A stretch of DNA of 64,000 bases from an uncultured Spirochaetales bacterium (GTDB lineage Bacteria; Spirochaetota; GWE2-31-10; CAYYKD01), in NCBI GenBank assembly GCA_964608985.1, contig CAZSQU010000001.1, positions 89,851 through 153,850 on the forward strand, read 5' to 3'. The position numbers and the translations under genes are program-made. Below the pieces are notes generated by a model. That model had not been told where the DNA came from. It ran no database searches and saw nothing but the letters and a program-made list of their open reading frames with translations. Positions 19,524-31,531 of this stretch are shown here, one piece after another. Position 1 is the stretch's first letter. Every line of letters begins with the position of its first letter.

Positions 19524-20387
19524 ATGGAGAAATTTTTGAATCAAACAAATCACAAATCAGGAATATATATTGCTGTGCTTTTAGGACTTTCTTATGTTTT
19601 TAATATGATTGATTATGAGACTTTCTATAGTCTGTTTGTTCTAAAATCAAATACTTGGGGTAAGTTTGATTTTTGGCAATTTTTAACCTATACATTCTTT
19701 ATTGGAGAATCAAATATTTTTTTTGCTTTTATTAATGTAATATTCTTTTTCTGGATATCCAGCTCACTTGAACAGGTTTGGGGAACATATAAATTTCTTT
19801 TATTTATACTGTTAACGGTTTTATTAAAGAGCATAACAGCTTTTATTTTTGGTGTATTACCTATGATTAGCGGATATCATTTAATGCAAACTCTTTTAAT
19901 AGCGTATGCTTTTAATTTTTCAGAAAGAACAATATATGTATTCTTTTTTATACCTATTAAGGTCAAATATATAGGGTATATAACCTTGGCAACCTCAATT
20001 ATTGCTGTAATTACAGGTTTTTTCTTCCAATATACCAATATTCCGTTTGTTCGATATATATCTATATGTCCATCAGCTCTTGCCGGGTTCTTAACAACTT
20101 TTGCAGGTTATTTACCTTTACTTATTTTTTTTAAAGATGTTTTTGCCATAAATAAACCAATTATTGTAATAAGAAACACTAAGCTAAAAAAAATTGCAAA
20201 TGAGATCAAAAAAAATAATCCGTTTATTGAAAATAATAATATAACAAAAAATAAATTAGATATTATTATTACAGATAAAGAGATTAAGCTTTGTCCACCG
20301 ATAGATTTTGAGCAAGAATCAAACTATTGTAAAAATTGTGAAGCATATTCTAAATGCCTGGATAGGTCAAAAGGGCAAACTTTATAA
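19524..20387 (+). CDS. Polytopic membrane protein, rhomboid-like fold, with a C-terminal cytoplasmic Cys-rich tail
   Basis: At least six transmembrane helices. TM2 region 'WQFLTYTFF...FINVIFFFWISSSLEQVWG' resembles the rhomboid TM2 motif. A 'MISGY' segment stands where GxSG is expected. No His in the last helices. C-terminal 'CPPIDFEQESNYCKNCEAYSKC'. Confidence 0.35.
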   Translation: MEKFLNQTNHKSGIYIAVLLGLSYVFNMIDYETFYSLFVLKSNTWGKFDFWQFLTYTFFIGESNIFFAFINVIFFFWISSSLEQVWGTYKFLLFILLTVLLKSITAFIFGVLPMISGYHLMQTLLIAYAFNFSERTIYVFFFIPIKVKYIGYITLATSIIAVITGFFFQYTNIPFVRYISICPSALAGFLTTFAGYLPLLIFFKDVFAINKPIIVIRNTKLKKIANEIKKNNPFIENNNITKNKLDIIITDKEIKLCPPIDFEQESNYCKNCEAYSKCLDRSKGQTL

Positions 20388-20804
20388 TTGATTACTCAAA
20401 TAAGTATTTAACCTCTTAAAAGAATCAATATTCGTATCCCACTTTAATAGTTTAACAGCGTCTTCGTATTCAAGCCAAACATAGTTTGAGTGTTCACCTC
20501 TTTGCAGGTTAATCTCCTTGTTGAATGCTTCAAAAGCAAAAACATGCTCGGTAATTATTTTATTATTTGCCATATATTTAAATGAGTATTTAAGATCATA
20601 TATGTTTTTTACCTTGTCAATGCCGGATTCCTCAAAAACCTCTCTTCTTGCAGCAAAAAGAAGTGATTCACCTTCTTCTACACCTCCGGTAACCGGCTGC
20701 CAAAATCCGCCTCTATTTTTATTCCGTTTTAATAATAGATACTCTATCATCCCTTCGTTAAAATAAAAAATTATTACATCGACCTGAACAAGAAGTTTGC
20801 CCAT
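20382..20804 (-). CDS. NUDIX hydrolase
   Basis: Nudix box 'GGVEEGESLLFAARREVFEESGI'. 140 aa. Confidence 0.8.
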   Translation of the reverse strand: MGKLLVQVDVIIFYFNEGMIEYLLLKRNKNRGGFWQPVTGGVEEGESLLFAARREVFEESGIDKVKNIYDLKYSFKYMANNKIITEHVFAFEAFNKEINLQRGEHSNYVWLEYEDAVKLLKWDTNIDSFKRLNTYLSNQL

Positions 20805-20809
20805 AGTTA

Positions 20810-22156
20810 TTACTCCGTAAATTTAATAGGTTGACCAGTCGTCTCAAGAACAGATAGCCATAGTTCACTTTCCGGATCTATGGTTTGTCTTTTTGAGACT
20901 GCAACAGATATTGGTATATGTATAAACTCATTACGATAGTATCCGACAACAATTCCGGTTTTACCCGACATCCCTGCATGGACAGCCCTTTGAGCTAATT
21001 GAAAACAGAATATTGAATCATTGGCAGTTGTACTTGTTGATCTAATTATATAACTCGGATCAATGTATTTGATTGTTATCGGAATATTTTCTTTTTTAAA
21101 ATATGTTTTAATCTCATTTTGTAAAAATAACCCAATATCAAATAATTTTTTATTACCTGAGGCATCAAATGAGGACTCTGTACTCTCCACAAGATCTTGA
21201 CCGGCCCCCTCAGCAACAAGTATTACAGCATGTTTATTGTGATTAAGTCTTTTTTTCAAAGCATTCAGAAATCCATTTTCACCGTGTAATTTAAAAGGTA
21301 TCTCTGGAATAAGAAAAAAATTTACGTCATTTGTAGCTAAAGTTGCTTTTGCAGCAATAAAGCCGGAATGGCGACCCATGACTTTAACCAGTCCTACACC
21401 GTTATATGAACCTCTTGCCTCTGTATGTGCCGAAAAGATTGAATCGCATGCCTTACTAAAAGCTGTTTCGGTTCCAAAAGACTTATTTATAAAGGAGATA
21501 TCATTATCGATTGTTTTGGGTATTCCGATTATCGCTATCTTAAGATTCCTCTTTTTTATCTCATTTGATATATCTAATGCACCTCTTAGAGTACCGTCAC
21601 CGCCGATAGTATATAATACACTAACATTGAGTTCGACAAGTTTATCTACGATTTTGCCAACATCCTGAGGGCCTCTCGATGAACCGAGAATCGTTCCACC
21701 TATCTTATTTATATCGAGTACTGTTCTTGGTGTAAGATTGAGTATTTCGTGATGATATTCGTCAATAAACCCCTCATAACCGTATTTGAAGCCATAAGTA
21801 ACCTTATTACCATATCTGTAATAATTCATAATAACAAGCGATCTGATAACATCGTTTAGACCGGGGCACAAACCTCCGCAAGTTACTATTGCAGATATAG
21901 TTTCGCCAGGTTTAAAAAACAACTTCGATCTTGGTCCGGCTTTTTCAAATGAAGGTATTTTAATATTATTCTTAATACAGTAATCCAACTGTTCTTCTGT
22001 GTTTATAGAAAGGATTCTTTCATTATCAGGAACAAAATTAACTATGCTGTCCCCATATTTTTCTGAAAGGTTTAAAGGTGAATTATAATCTGTTTTGCCT
22101 AAAGTTTGCACCGTAAGATCATAATTTAATAGATATTCAAAATCATTGCCCATCAT
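20810..22156 (-). CDS. pfkA: 6-phosphofructokinase, ATP-dependent type (GGDG motif)
   Basis: 'GGLCPGLNDVIR', 'TIGGDGTLRGA' and 'MGRHSG'. 448 aa. Confidence 0.75.
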   Translation of the reverse strand: MMGNDFEYLLNYDLTVQTLGKTDYNSPLNLSEKYGDSIVNFVPDNERILSINTEEQLDYCIKNNIKIPSFEKAGPRSKLFFKPGETISAIVTCGGLCPGLNDVIRSLVIMNYYRYGNKVTYGFKYGYEGFIDEYHHEILNLTPRTVLDINKIGGTILGSSRGPQDVGKIVDKLVELNVSVLYTIGGDGTLRGALDISNEIKKRNLKIAIIGIPKTIDNDISFINKSFGTETAFSKACDSIFSAHTEARGSYNGVGLVKVMGRHSGFIAAKATLATNDVNFFLIPEIPFKLHGENGFLNALKKRLNHNKHAVILVAEGAGQDLVESTESSFDASGNKKLFDIGLFLQNEIKTYFKKENIPITIKYIDPSYIIRSTSTTANDSIFCFQLAQRAVHAGMSGKTGIVVGYYRNEFIHIPISVAVSKRQTIDPESELWLSVLETTGQPIKFTE

Positions 22157-22171
22157 AATAATCCACCTTAT

Positions 22172-23011
22172 TTAATCAAAAATATACTGCATCTTATCTA
22201 TTTCAATTGAAATTGCGTCTAAATAATCAATATCTTTATGTTCAAGATGAGCATAGTTTATCTTTGAAGATGAATTGATAAAAATCTTATGCATGGGGTA
22301 GTTCATCTTTATCAAAGCATTAATTATTGTATTAAAATCTCCCCCTTGTGAACCAACTCCTGGGATCAGTAAAGGAACAGCACCGTTCTGATAAAAAAAA
22401 TAAGATATTTCATTGAATTCAGATTGTGTTGCGCCTACAACAGCTCCGATATTTTCAGAGTATTTCGAGTTCCAAATAGAAATGCGTGATCCGACTTCAT
22501 AGAAGAAATAATTGCCATTATCAATTTTTAATAACTGAAAATCGGAAGAACCTTTATTACTTGTTCTTGTCAGAATAAAAAAACCTTTTTCCTTGTATTC
22601 AAAAAACGGCAATAATGAATCTTCTCCAAGATATGGAGATAATGTTATTGCATCTGCTTTTAATTCATTAAAAGCGGCAATGGCGTACGCTTGAGATGTA
22701 TTACCGATATCTCCTCTTTTAGCATCGAGTATAACCGGCAATTCAAATTTATGTGCATAATCAATAATTGTACCAAGTGCTTTAAATCCGGCTATGCCAT
22801 ATTGTTCGTAAAAAGCGATATTAGGTTTTATACAAAATATTTTTTTATGAAAGTTGTCAATAATTGATGAATAAAAATCAACTATTGTTTTTTCGATGTC
22901 AGATTTATCCTTTAAAGGAATTTTATCAATAATTGGGTCCATGCCGACACATAAAACTGTTTTATATTTGTTAAATCTCTCAAGACAAATATTATTAAAA
23001 TTAGCCATCAT
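22172..23011 (-). CDS. pyrF: Orotidine-5'-phosphate decarboxylase (type 2)
   Basis: 'VLCVGMDP' and 'DAKRGDIGNTSQAYA' signature. 279 aa. Confidence 0.85.
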   Translation of the reverse strand: MMANFNNICLERFNKYKTVLCVGMDPIIDKIPLKDKSDIEKTIVDFYSSIIDNFHKKIFCIKPNIAFYEQYGIAGFKALGTIIDYAHKFELPVILDAKRGDIGNTSQAYAIAAFNELKADAITLSPYLGEDSLLPFFEYKEKGFFILTRTSNKGSSDFQLLKIDNGNYFFYEVGSRISIWNSKYSENIGAVVGATQSEFNEISYFFYQNGAVPLLIPGVGSQGGDFNTIINALIKMNYPMHKIFINSSSKINYAHLEHKDIDYLDAISIEIDKMQYIFD

Positions 23012-24299
23012 TAATACACCCCTCCTTTAATAAAATCTTGCCATTAATTATTACCATATCAATCTTATATGAAAAATCTGTTCCTTCAAATGGCGAGAAA
23101 TCCGCTTTTGTTTCCCTTTCAGCTAGATTATATCTGAAATTTTCTTTTTTAATAATTGTAAGATCTGCTATGTTGCCTTTTTTAATCTTTCCTCTTTTTT
23201 TTATATTAAAGATTTTATAGCCATTTGTCAATGATTTAAAAATATTTTCAATTCTGAGAATACCCATTTCATATAAAGATAATAAAGATATAACCGAAGT
23301 TTCAAGACCGGGTAATCCTGAAGGTGGATTATCAGATTGTTTTTCTATTAATAGATGCGGTGCGTGATCTGTACCGATAACAGATATCTTGCCTTTGTTA
23401 AACATCTTTCTAATATATAGGTTATCATTATAATCTCTTATCGGCGGATTAACCTTAAATATATTTGAATCAGTTATATTATCTGTGCAAAAAAACAGAT
23501 GATGAGGTGTGACTTCTGTTAATACTTTCTTATTGTTACCTTTTATAATTGATTTAATACCGTTTTTGGTGCTTATATGACAGATGTATCCCTTACTGTT
23601 TTTAATTTGTTTAATGATTTTGCAAATAATTTTTATTGCTGAGACTTCTGCCTCAGGTGGTCTTTTTATATTGTGATCAGCAACAGATTTATATATAATA
23701 TCTTCATGTGCTTTAATTAAAGTTTCATTTTCAGCATGAAATAGATTAATAATTCCTGTTTTTAATGACTTTTCTATTGTTTTAGTTGAGTTAACTAATA
23801 ATTGACCGGTTGATGAACCAAAGAATACTTTAATTCCATATAGCGGAATACTATTTTTTTTTGCTTTATTAAATATCTTAGAAAGCGATCCTACATTATC
23901 TTCAGTTAACCCGAGATGAAACCCAAAATTTATTATTGAGGCGGATTTTGCAATAAGATACTTATTTAGTAATGAAGTCCAATCAACTGTTGGTGGATTG
24001 GTATTAGGCATATCAATAACAAATGTATATCCGCCTTTTAAAGCTGATCTTGAGCCGGTTTTCCAGTCCTCTTTATGTTCCATACCCGGAGATCTAAAGT
24101 GAACATGCGGATCAATAAATCCGTATGAAATAAGCTTATCGCTGCAATCAATTATTTTATATTCTTTAGGTATTATACAATCAGAATCAAATTTAACTTT
24201 TTCTATTAAATTTTTCTTTATAAGAATTATACCTTTTTTAAATTTTATTCCATTAAAAATATTACCGTTTATCAAAGCAATACGATTATCTATACTCAA
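23001..24299 (-). CDS. pyrC: Dihydroorotase
   Basis: 'DPHVHFRSPG' and 'GTDHAPH' cyclic-amidohydrolase motifs. 432 aa. Confidence 0.85.
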   Translation of the reverse strand: MSIDNRIALINGNIFNGIKFKKGIILIKKNLIEKVKFDSDCIIPKEYKIIDCSDKLISYGFIDPHVHFRSPGMEHKEDWKTGSRSALKGGYTFVIDMPNTNPPTVDWTSLLNKYLIAKSASIINFGFHLGLTEDNVGSLSKIFNKAKKNSIPLYGIKVFFGSSTGQLLVNSTKTIEKSLKTGIINLFHAENETLIKAHEDIIYKSVADHNIKRPPEAEVSAIKIICKIIKQIKNSKGYICHISTKNGIKSIIKGNNKKVLTEVTPHHLFFCTDNITDSNIFKVNPPIRDYNDNLYIRKMFNKGKISVIGTDHAPHLLIEKQSDNPPSGLPGLETSVISLLSLYEMGILRIENIFKSLTNGYKIFNIKKRGKIKKGNIADLTIIKKENFRYNLAERETKADFSPFEGTDFSYKIDMVIINGKILLKEGCINDG

Positions 24300-25065
24300 T
24301 TACCCCTCCGCTGTCCCTATGATAATTTCCAAATTCCGGGGTTTTTATCAATGAATCAATATTAAAAACCGGTCCCTCTGTACATACCCTGTCACCTGTT
24401 CCATCAATGGCGCAAGACCCGCATATACCAATACCACACTTCATATACCGTTCCATAGAAACTTCAATACTCTTATTTTTATCTTTAATTTTATTATATA
24501 CTGCAACCATCATTTTTTCCGGACCACATATGTAAATCTTATGATAAATGCCGGACAAACTCTTACTATCGGTAACAAACCCCTTACTACCGTATGTACC
24601 ATCATCAGTAAAATACTCAATTGATTTGTTATTAATAATTGCAAAATTTATCAGATCAATATTTCTTGAGCCAAATACTACATCTGATTTAATACCGTTC
24701 ATTCTAAGCTGTTTATATAGATATAAAAGAGGGGCAATTCCTATACCGCCACCGACTATTAAGGCACTACCACTTTTTTGGGTATTAAATCCGTTTCCTA
24801 ATGGACCGATTAACCCGAAGATGTCATTAATCTGTGCATCGAGTATTTTTTGAGTTCCGCAACCGCGGTTTTGAATAATAAAGCTGATTCGTCCGGAAGT
24901 ATAATCAGCAACAGATATTGGTTTCTGAGTACCATTATATCGTATCATATAAAATTGACCGGGGATAACATCAGCTTCACCGATATCAAAAACTAATTTT
25001 TTTATCGACGAATTACCGCTTATATCTGATAATCTATATGACTTTTCAATTATATTGTCTTTCAT
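24286..25065 (-). CDS. pyrK: Dihydroorotate dehydrogenase electron-transfer subunit
   Basis: FAD/NAD fold 'GGGIGIAPL'. C-terminal 2Fe-2S ligands 'CGIGICGSC...C'. Confidence 0.85.
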   Translation of the reverse strand: MKDNIIEKSYRLSDISGNSSIKKLVFDIGEADVIPGQFYMIRYNGTQKPISVADYTSGRISFIIQNRGCGTQKILDAQINDIFGLIGPLGNGFNTQKSGSALIVGGGIGIAPLLYLYKQLRMNGIKSDVVFGSRNIDLINFAIINNKSIEYFTDDGTYGSKGFVTDSKSLSGIYHKIYICGPEKMMVAVYNKIKDKNKSIEVSMERYMKCGIGICGSCAIDGTGDRVCTEGPVFNIDSLIKTPEFGNYHRDSGGVIEYR

Positions 25066-25976
25066 ACTTTATGTGCCATCCCTATAAGATCATTATAAGA
25101 GATAGATTTATCTTTTATAAAACTATCTATGCCTTGATTAATTATATCAAATATCTCAAGCCCGTTATAGACAATCCCTGTTCCTACACCGTAGAGTGTT
25201 GCCCCTGCAATAATCATTTGTAATGCATCTTCCGTTGAATTTATGCCGCCCATACCGATTATTGGGATTTTAACACTCTTAAATATATCATAAACAGATC
25301 TTACAGCGACAGGAAGTATTGCAGGTCCGCTTATTCCACCTGATTTATTTGATAGCTTTGGTTGAAAGGTTTCAATATCAATAAGCATTCCCGGTCCTAC
25401 GGTATTGATTGCAGTAATACCATCTGCACCCGCATCTTCACAGGCTTTAGCAATTTTACCGATCAATGGAAAATTGGGAGAAAGTTTAACAAACATAGGA
25501 ATAGTTGTTGATTTTCTAACAGCTTTTACCAGTGAACCGGCAGTTTCCGGTGAACTCGCAAATGGCAATCCGAATTCATCATGAACATTTGGGCACGAAA
25601 TATTCAACTCAATAATATCAACAAATGCTTTATCCAAAGCCGATATCGTATCAATAAATTCTTCTTGTGTACCGCCGAATACAGAAGCTATTATTACAAC
25701 ATCTGAATTATTCCTAACATATTTCAACTCTTTATTTGTGTTTTCCACACCGGTTGAAGACAAACCGACTGCATTTAATAATCCATGAGAATAGGCTTGA
25801 ACAACCGGAGTAGGGTGGCCTTTTCTTGAATTAAATGAGATTGATTTGCAGGTAACAGCGCCTGCACCCGAATCTGCCGCCTTTACCATCGAACTTCCTG
25901 TAACACCCATTATACCGGAAGCAAGAACACCATTTTTTTTAAAAATAATTTCACCGATCTTTATATTATTGTTCAT
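25062..25976 (-). CDS. pyrD: Dihydroorotate dehydrogenase catalytic subunit (class 1B)
   Basis: 'NISCPN' catalytic Cys loop and 'IIGMGGI' FMN-binding site. 4-nt overlap with pyrK. Confidence 0.85.
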   Translation of the reverse strand: MNNNIKIGEIIFKKNGVLASGIMGVTGSSMVKAADSGAGAVTCKSISFNSRKGHPTPVVQAYSHGLLNAVGLSSTGVENTNKELKYVRNNSDVVIIASVFGGTQEEFIDTISALDKAFVDIIELNISCPNVHDEFGLPFASSPETAGSLVKAVRKSTTIPMFVKLSPNFPLIGKIAKACEDAGADGITAINTVGPGMLIDIETFQPKLSNKSGGISGPAILPVAVRSVYDIFKSVKIPIIGMGGINSTEDALQMIIAGATLYGVGTGIVYNGLEIFDIINQGIDSFIKDKSISYNDLIGMAHKV

Positions 25977-25979
25977 AAT

Positions 25980-27394
<1,415 letters not shown>

Positions 27395-27410
27395 TCAATT
27401 AATCAGTACT

Positions 27411-27444
27411 AAAAAAAAATGCCTATTTAATAGGCATTTTTTCT
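27411..27444 (-). terminator. Intrinsic terminator in the pyrB leader (candidate attenuator)
   Basis: On the minus strand, A6, the palindrome AATGCCTATT/AATAGGCATT (27418-27438), then U9. Lies 57 nt upstream of the pyrB ATG. Confidence 0.6.
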
Positions 27445-27493
27445 ATGTTATTGGGGCAATTAATGTATGGTAACTAATTTGTTTCATTTTCAT
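27443..27493 (-). CDS. Candidate 16-codon pyr leader peptide (MKMKQISYHTLIAPIT)
   Basis: The ORF's TAG stop codon abuts the 5' flank of the terminator hairpin. Below the size cutoff of the ORF track. No strong SD upstream. Confidence 0.3.
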   Translation of the reverse strand: MKMKQISYHTLIAPIT

Positions 27494-27677
27494 AAAACAA
27501 CTTTTATTTAATTTTTTAATAATAGTCAAGTAAGAATTTAATATTTTTTTTTTACTTTCATTATAGTTTGAATTTTCAACTTAAGCTGTTATTTATTTCT
27601 TTAAATTGACATATTAACATAATTGGTTTAAGAATTAATAATTGGTTACGATTTGTATTTACATGAAAGGGAATCAA

Positions 27678-28403
27678 ATGGATCTTAAAAACTATCTTTT
27701 TTTATTTGATATAGACGGTACATTGATAAATTCTACAGGTACCGGTAAAAAGGCCTTTATTGATGCTATCGATTATATTTTTGGAATATCAAGTGACCGG
27801 TCAATCTCATTTTTAGGAGGGATAGATAACCTTTTTTTTAAATATTTTTTTGATAAACATAAGGGTTATGAATATTATAGAGAATATGAAGACTATTGGA
27901 AAAGATTTAAAATATATTACATTGAATTACTAAAATCTTATACAGCAGAAGAAGATTCGATACTGATCTATCCTGATGTAATTGAAACAGTGGATTATCT
28001 ATCAAGAATTTCAAATATTGCTCTTGTTACCGGTAATATTTATGAGGGGGCAATGATTAAACTTAAAAAATTCGGACTTGATGTCAATTTTAAAATGGGC
28101 GGTTATGGAGAAACAGCATCAATAAGACATGAAATTGTAAATGAAGCAATTATCAATTCATCAAAAATACTGAATAAACAATTTGCAAATAACAACATTA
28201 TATTATTCGGCGATACACAAAAAGATGTTGAAAGTGCTTTATATCATAGCATTATTCCGGTTCTGATAGATCATGATGATGAGTTGAGGGCAGAAGCAAC
28301 TAAATGGGGAGCATTATTTCACGGAACTTTTAAAAATATTAATACATTGCTCAATCAGATAGAAAATAATAATTTTATCAAAAAAAACACATATTACTAT
28401 TAA
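27678..28403 (+). CDS. HAD-superfamily hydrolase (phosphatase-like)
   Basis: Motif I 'LFDIDGTLINS'. The likely start is the ATG at 27678 (MDLKNY), with an AAGGGA ribosome-binding site. The track ORF starts at 27642. Confidence 0.65.
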   Translation: MDLKNYLFLFDIDGTLINSTGTGKKAFIDAIDYIFGISSDRSISFLGGIDNLFFKYFFDKHKGYEYYREYEDYWKRFKIYYIELLKSYTAEEDSILIYPDVIETVDYLSRISNIALVTGNIYEGAMIKLKKFGLDVNFKMGGYGETASIRHEIVNEAIINSSKILNKQFANNNIILFGDTQKDVESALYHSIIPVLIDHDDELRAEATKWGALFHGTFKNINTLLNQIENNNFIKKNTYYY

Positions 28404-28501
28404 TATAAAAAAATAAATTCAATAATAAACAAAATTATGTTGACTTTTTGCATAGTTTAAAATAAATAGATTAAATCATAATAATATAAAGAGAAATAAC
28501 A

Positions 28502-30613
28502 ATGCCGCAAAAAAAGAAGAAGCCCACAGAAAAATCAATACTTGTAATAGTTGAGTCACCCGCTAAAGCAAAAACTATAAACAAATACCTTGGAAAAAAC
28601 TACAAGGTTAAAGCTTCTATGGGGCATATCATAGATCTTCCAAAATCAAGAATAGGTGTAAATGTTGATGAAAATTTCAAACCTGACTATATTACCGTAA
28701 GAGGGAAGGGCTCTATTCTTAATGAACTCAAAAAATTAGCATCTAACTCGGAAAAAATCTTAATTGCTAGTGATAATGATAGAGAAGGTGAAGCTATCGC
28801 CTACCATATAAAAGATGCATTAAGAATTAAAAATCCGAATAAAGAAATAAAACGGATAGTATTCAATGAAATAACCAAAACTGCGATAAGCGAATCGGTA
28901 AAGATGCCAAGAGACATTGATGATAAAATGGTTGAAGCTCAGAAAACCAGAAGAATTCTTGATAGATTAGTCGGGTATAATATATCACCTATATTGTGGG
29001 CTAAGGTAAAAGGCGGATTATCTGCAGGGCGGGTGCAATCTGTAACACTAAAAGCTATATGTGAAAGAGAAAGTGAGATTGATAAATTCATTCCAAGTGA
29101 ATACTGGACAATAGATGGTAAATTTTTAAAAGATAAAAAAATATTTAAAGCTGCATTAACAAAAATTAATGGTAACAAAGCCGAGATCGCAAGTAAGTCA
29201 CAAGTTGATAAACTTATAGCTAAGTTATCAAGCGGTGAATTTAAAGTCAGCGCAATAATAGAATCAGTAAAATCTATCAGACCGACTGCGCCATTCACAA
29301 CATCAAAACTACAACAAACAGCAGCAGGTAGATTGGGGTTTACAAGTGCAAAAACTATGCAAATAGCTCAACAGCTATATGAAGGGATAACAATAGGGAG
29401 AGAAACATTCGGATTAATAACTTATATGAGAACAGACTCAACGAGGGTCTCAGAAAACGCTATAAAAGAATCTCGTGATTATATAACAGCAAATTATAGT
29501 GAATTTCTTCCGGAGAAACCCAATTATTATTCCTCATCACAAAATGCTCAGGATGCTCATGAGGCGATCAGGCCAACCTCTGTTTATAGAGAACCGGCTT
29601 CAATAAAGAATTATCTTACTCCCGATCAATTCAAAATTTATTCAATAATTTGGGAGAGGTTTGTATCCTCACAAATGACAAATTCAGAATATACTAACAA
29701 ATCAATTTTGATAGATAACTCGGGAGTAGAATTCAAAATATCAAACTCTAAAAGGGTTGTTGAAGGTTTTAATGCTGTTCTAAATATTCTTAAAACAAAA
29801 GATGAAGATTCCGGATTTGCTCTTCCTGATCTTAAAGAACAGGAGATAGTTACATTAAAAGAATTTTTACCCGAACAGCATTTTACACAGCCACCGCCCA
29901 GATACACAGATGCCTCCATTGTGAAATTTCTTGAAGAAAATGGTATCGGCAGACCATCAACCTATGCACCTACAATTTCAACAATAATTAACAGATACTA
30001 TGTAGTTAGAAAATCAAAACAATTGCAGCCGACGGTTTTAGGAAAACTTGTTAATAGTATAATAGTAAGTTCGTTTCCGGAAATAGTTAATATTGAGTTT
30101 ACTGCTAAAATGGAAGAAAACCTTGATAATATCGCAACGGGAGTTACAGAAAGCGTTAAAATATTATCAGACTTTTATTATCCATTTAAAAGTCTTGTAG
30201 ATATTGCTATGGAAAATTTAAAAGACCATAAAAAAGAATTTGATGAGGAAACAAACGAAATCTGTGAAAAATGCGGAAATAAAATGGTAAAAAAACTCGG
30301 CAAGTTTGGTTTTTTTCTTGCCTGTTCAAATTTTCCCGAGTGTAGAAATTCCAAAGCTATACCTTTAGCAGATTGCCCGATTGATGGCTGCAACGGTAAA
30401 ATTATTGCTAAAAGAAAAACCGGCAAGAAAAAAGAGTTTTATGGGTGTACTAACTTTCCTGAGTGTTCTTTTGTTTCATGGTATAGACCTACAGAGTTTA
30501 TTTGCCCTAAATGCGATAAATACCTTATCGAGAAACAGGATAAAACACTGGGAAATTATAAACAGTGTGTTGATGAAAAATGCGGTTTTAAAATGCTTAA
30601 AGAAAATGAATAG
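28502..30613 (+). CDS. topA: DNA topoisomerase I
   Basis: Toprim N-terminus 'ILVIVESPAKAKTI'. Type IA core. Three C-terminal C4 zinc ribbons ('CEKCGNKM...CSNFPEC'). Confidence 0.9.
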   Translation: MPQKKKKPTEKSILVIVESPAKAKTINKYLGKNYKVKASMGHIIDLPKSRIGVNVDENFKPDYITVRGKGSILNELKKLASNSEKILIASDNDREGEAIAYHIKDALRIKNPNKEIKRIVFNEITKTAISESVKMPRDIDDKMVEAQKTRRILDRLVGYNISPILWAKVKGGLSAGRVQSVTLKAICERESEIDKFIPSEYWTIDGKFLKDKKIFKAALTKINGNKAEIASKSQVDKLIAKLSSGEFKVSAIIESVKSIRPTAPFTTSKLQQTAAGRLGFTSAKTMQIAQQLYEGITIGRETFGLITYMRTDSTRVSENAIKESRDYITANYSEFLPEKPNYYSSSQNAQDAHEAIRPTSVYREPASIKNYLTPDQFKIYSIIWERFVSSQMTNSEYTNKSILIDNSGVEFKISNSKRVVEGFNAVLNILKTKDEDSGFALPDLKEQEIVTLKEFLPEQHFTQPPPRYTDASIVKFLEENGIGRPSTYAPTISTIINRYYVVRKSKQLQPTVLGKLVNSIIVSSFPEIVNIEFTAKMEENLDNIATGVTESVKILSDFYYPFKSLVDIAMENLKDHKKEFDEETNEICEKCGNKMVKKLGKFGFFLACSNFPECRNSKAIPLADCPIDGCNGKIIAKRKTGKKKEFYGCTNFPECSFVSWYRPTEFICPKCDKYLIEKQDKTLGNYKQCVDEKCGFKMLKENE

Positions 30614-30621
30614 TAACAAAT

Positions 30622-31524
30622 ATGTATCTTGATAGAAATGATATTGAAAAATTTATTGATTATCTTGCAAGTCAAAAGGGCCTAAGCGATAATACGGTAA
30701 AAGGATATACAAAAGACCTTAATGCTTTTTTTGATTACTTTATTGATAAAAAAATAGAAAGCGATCTGCGAAGAGATGATTTTAGGGGTTTTATTTCTGA
30801 TTTGATTACAAAAGGAAATTCTAATTCATCTATAAATAGGATATTGGCTGCATTAAAAGGGTTTACAAAATACAAACTGAGATCCGGTGATAAAACCTTC
30901 TCTGTTATACTCGATGTTGACTCATTAAAACAAAAAAAACATCTTCCAAATTTTTTGTTTGATAGAGAAGTTGATATCTTACTGGATTTTGAATGCCTAT
31001 CAGTGTTTGATTATAGAGATAAAGCTATTATAGAATTACTTTTTTCTACAGGATTAAGATGCTCAGAAGCATTAAGTCTTAGAATTTCTGATATTAAAAA
31101 AAATAATTTTAATTTAAGAATAAAAGGAAAAGGATCAAAAGAAAGAATTGTTATTTATAATAAATATTCTCAGGATATAATTTTTCAATATCTAACTTTA
31201 AGAAAAGAAACTGAACTTTCAAAAAACATCAATAGTTCACCTGAAAGCCCATTATTTATAAATTCAAAATTTAAGCCGCTTGGAGACAGGTCAGTACGAA
31301 AAATAATCGAACAAAGGATAGAACAAAGTGCCTTAGTGAAAAACATCTCACCGCATTCATTAAGACACTCTTTTGCAACATCATTACTTAGAAACGGAGC
31401 AGACATCAGAACTGTCCAAATGTTATTAGGTCATTCAAAGATATCATCAACGCAAATATACACCCATCTTACAACCGATCAACTAAAAGATATGCATTAT
31501 AAATACCATCCGCACGGTAAATAG
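30622..31524 (+). CDS. Tyrosine site-specific recombinase XerC/XerD
   Basis: Catalytic 'HSLRHSFATSLLRNGADIRTVQMLLGHSKISSTQIYTHL'. 300 aa. Directly follows topA. Confidence 0.85.
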   Translation: MYLDRNDIEKFIDYLASQKGLSDNTVKGYTKDLNAFFDYFIDKKIESDLRRDDFRGFISDLITKGNSNSSINRILAALKGFTKYKLRSGDKTFSVILDVDSLKQKKHLPNFLFDREVDILLDFECLSVFDYRDKAIIELLFSTGLRCSEALSLRISDIKKNNFNLRIKGKGSKERIVIYNKYSQDIIFQYLTLRKETELSKNINSSPESPLFINSKFKPLGDRSVRKIIEQRIEQSALVKNISPHSLRHSFATSLLRNGADIRTVQMLLGHSKISSTQIYTHLTTDQLKDMHYKYHPHGK

Positions 31525-31531
31525 AATAGAT

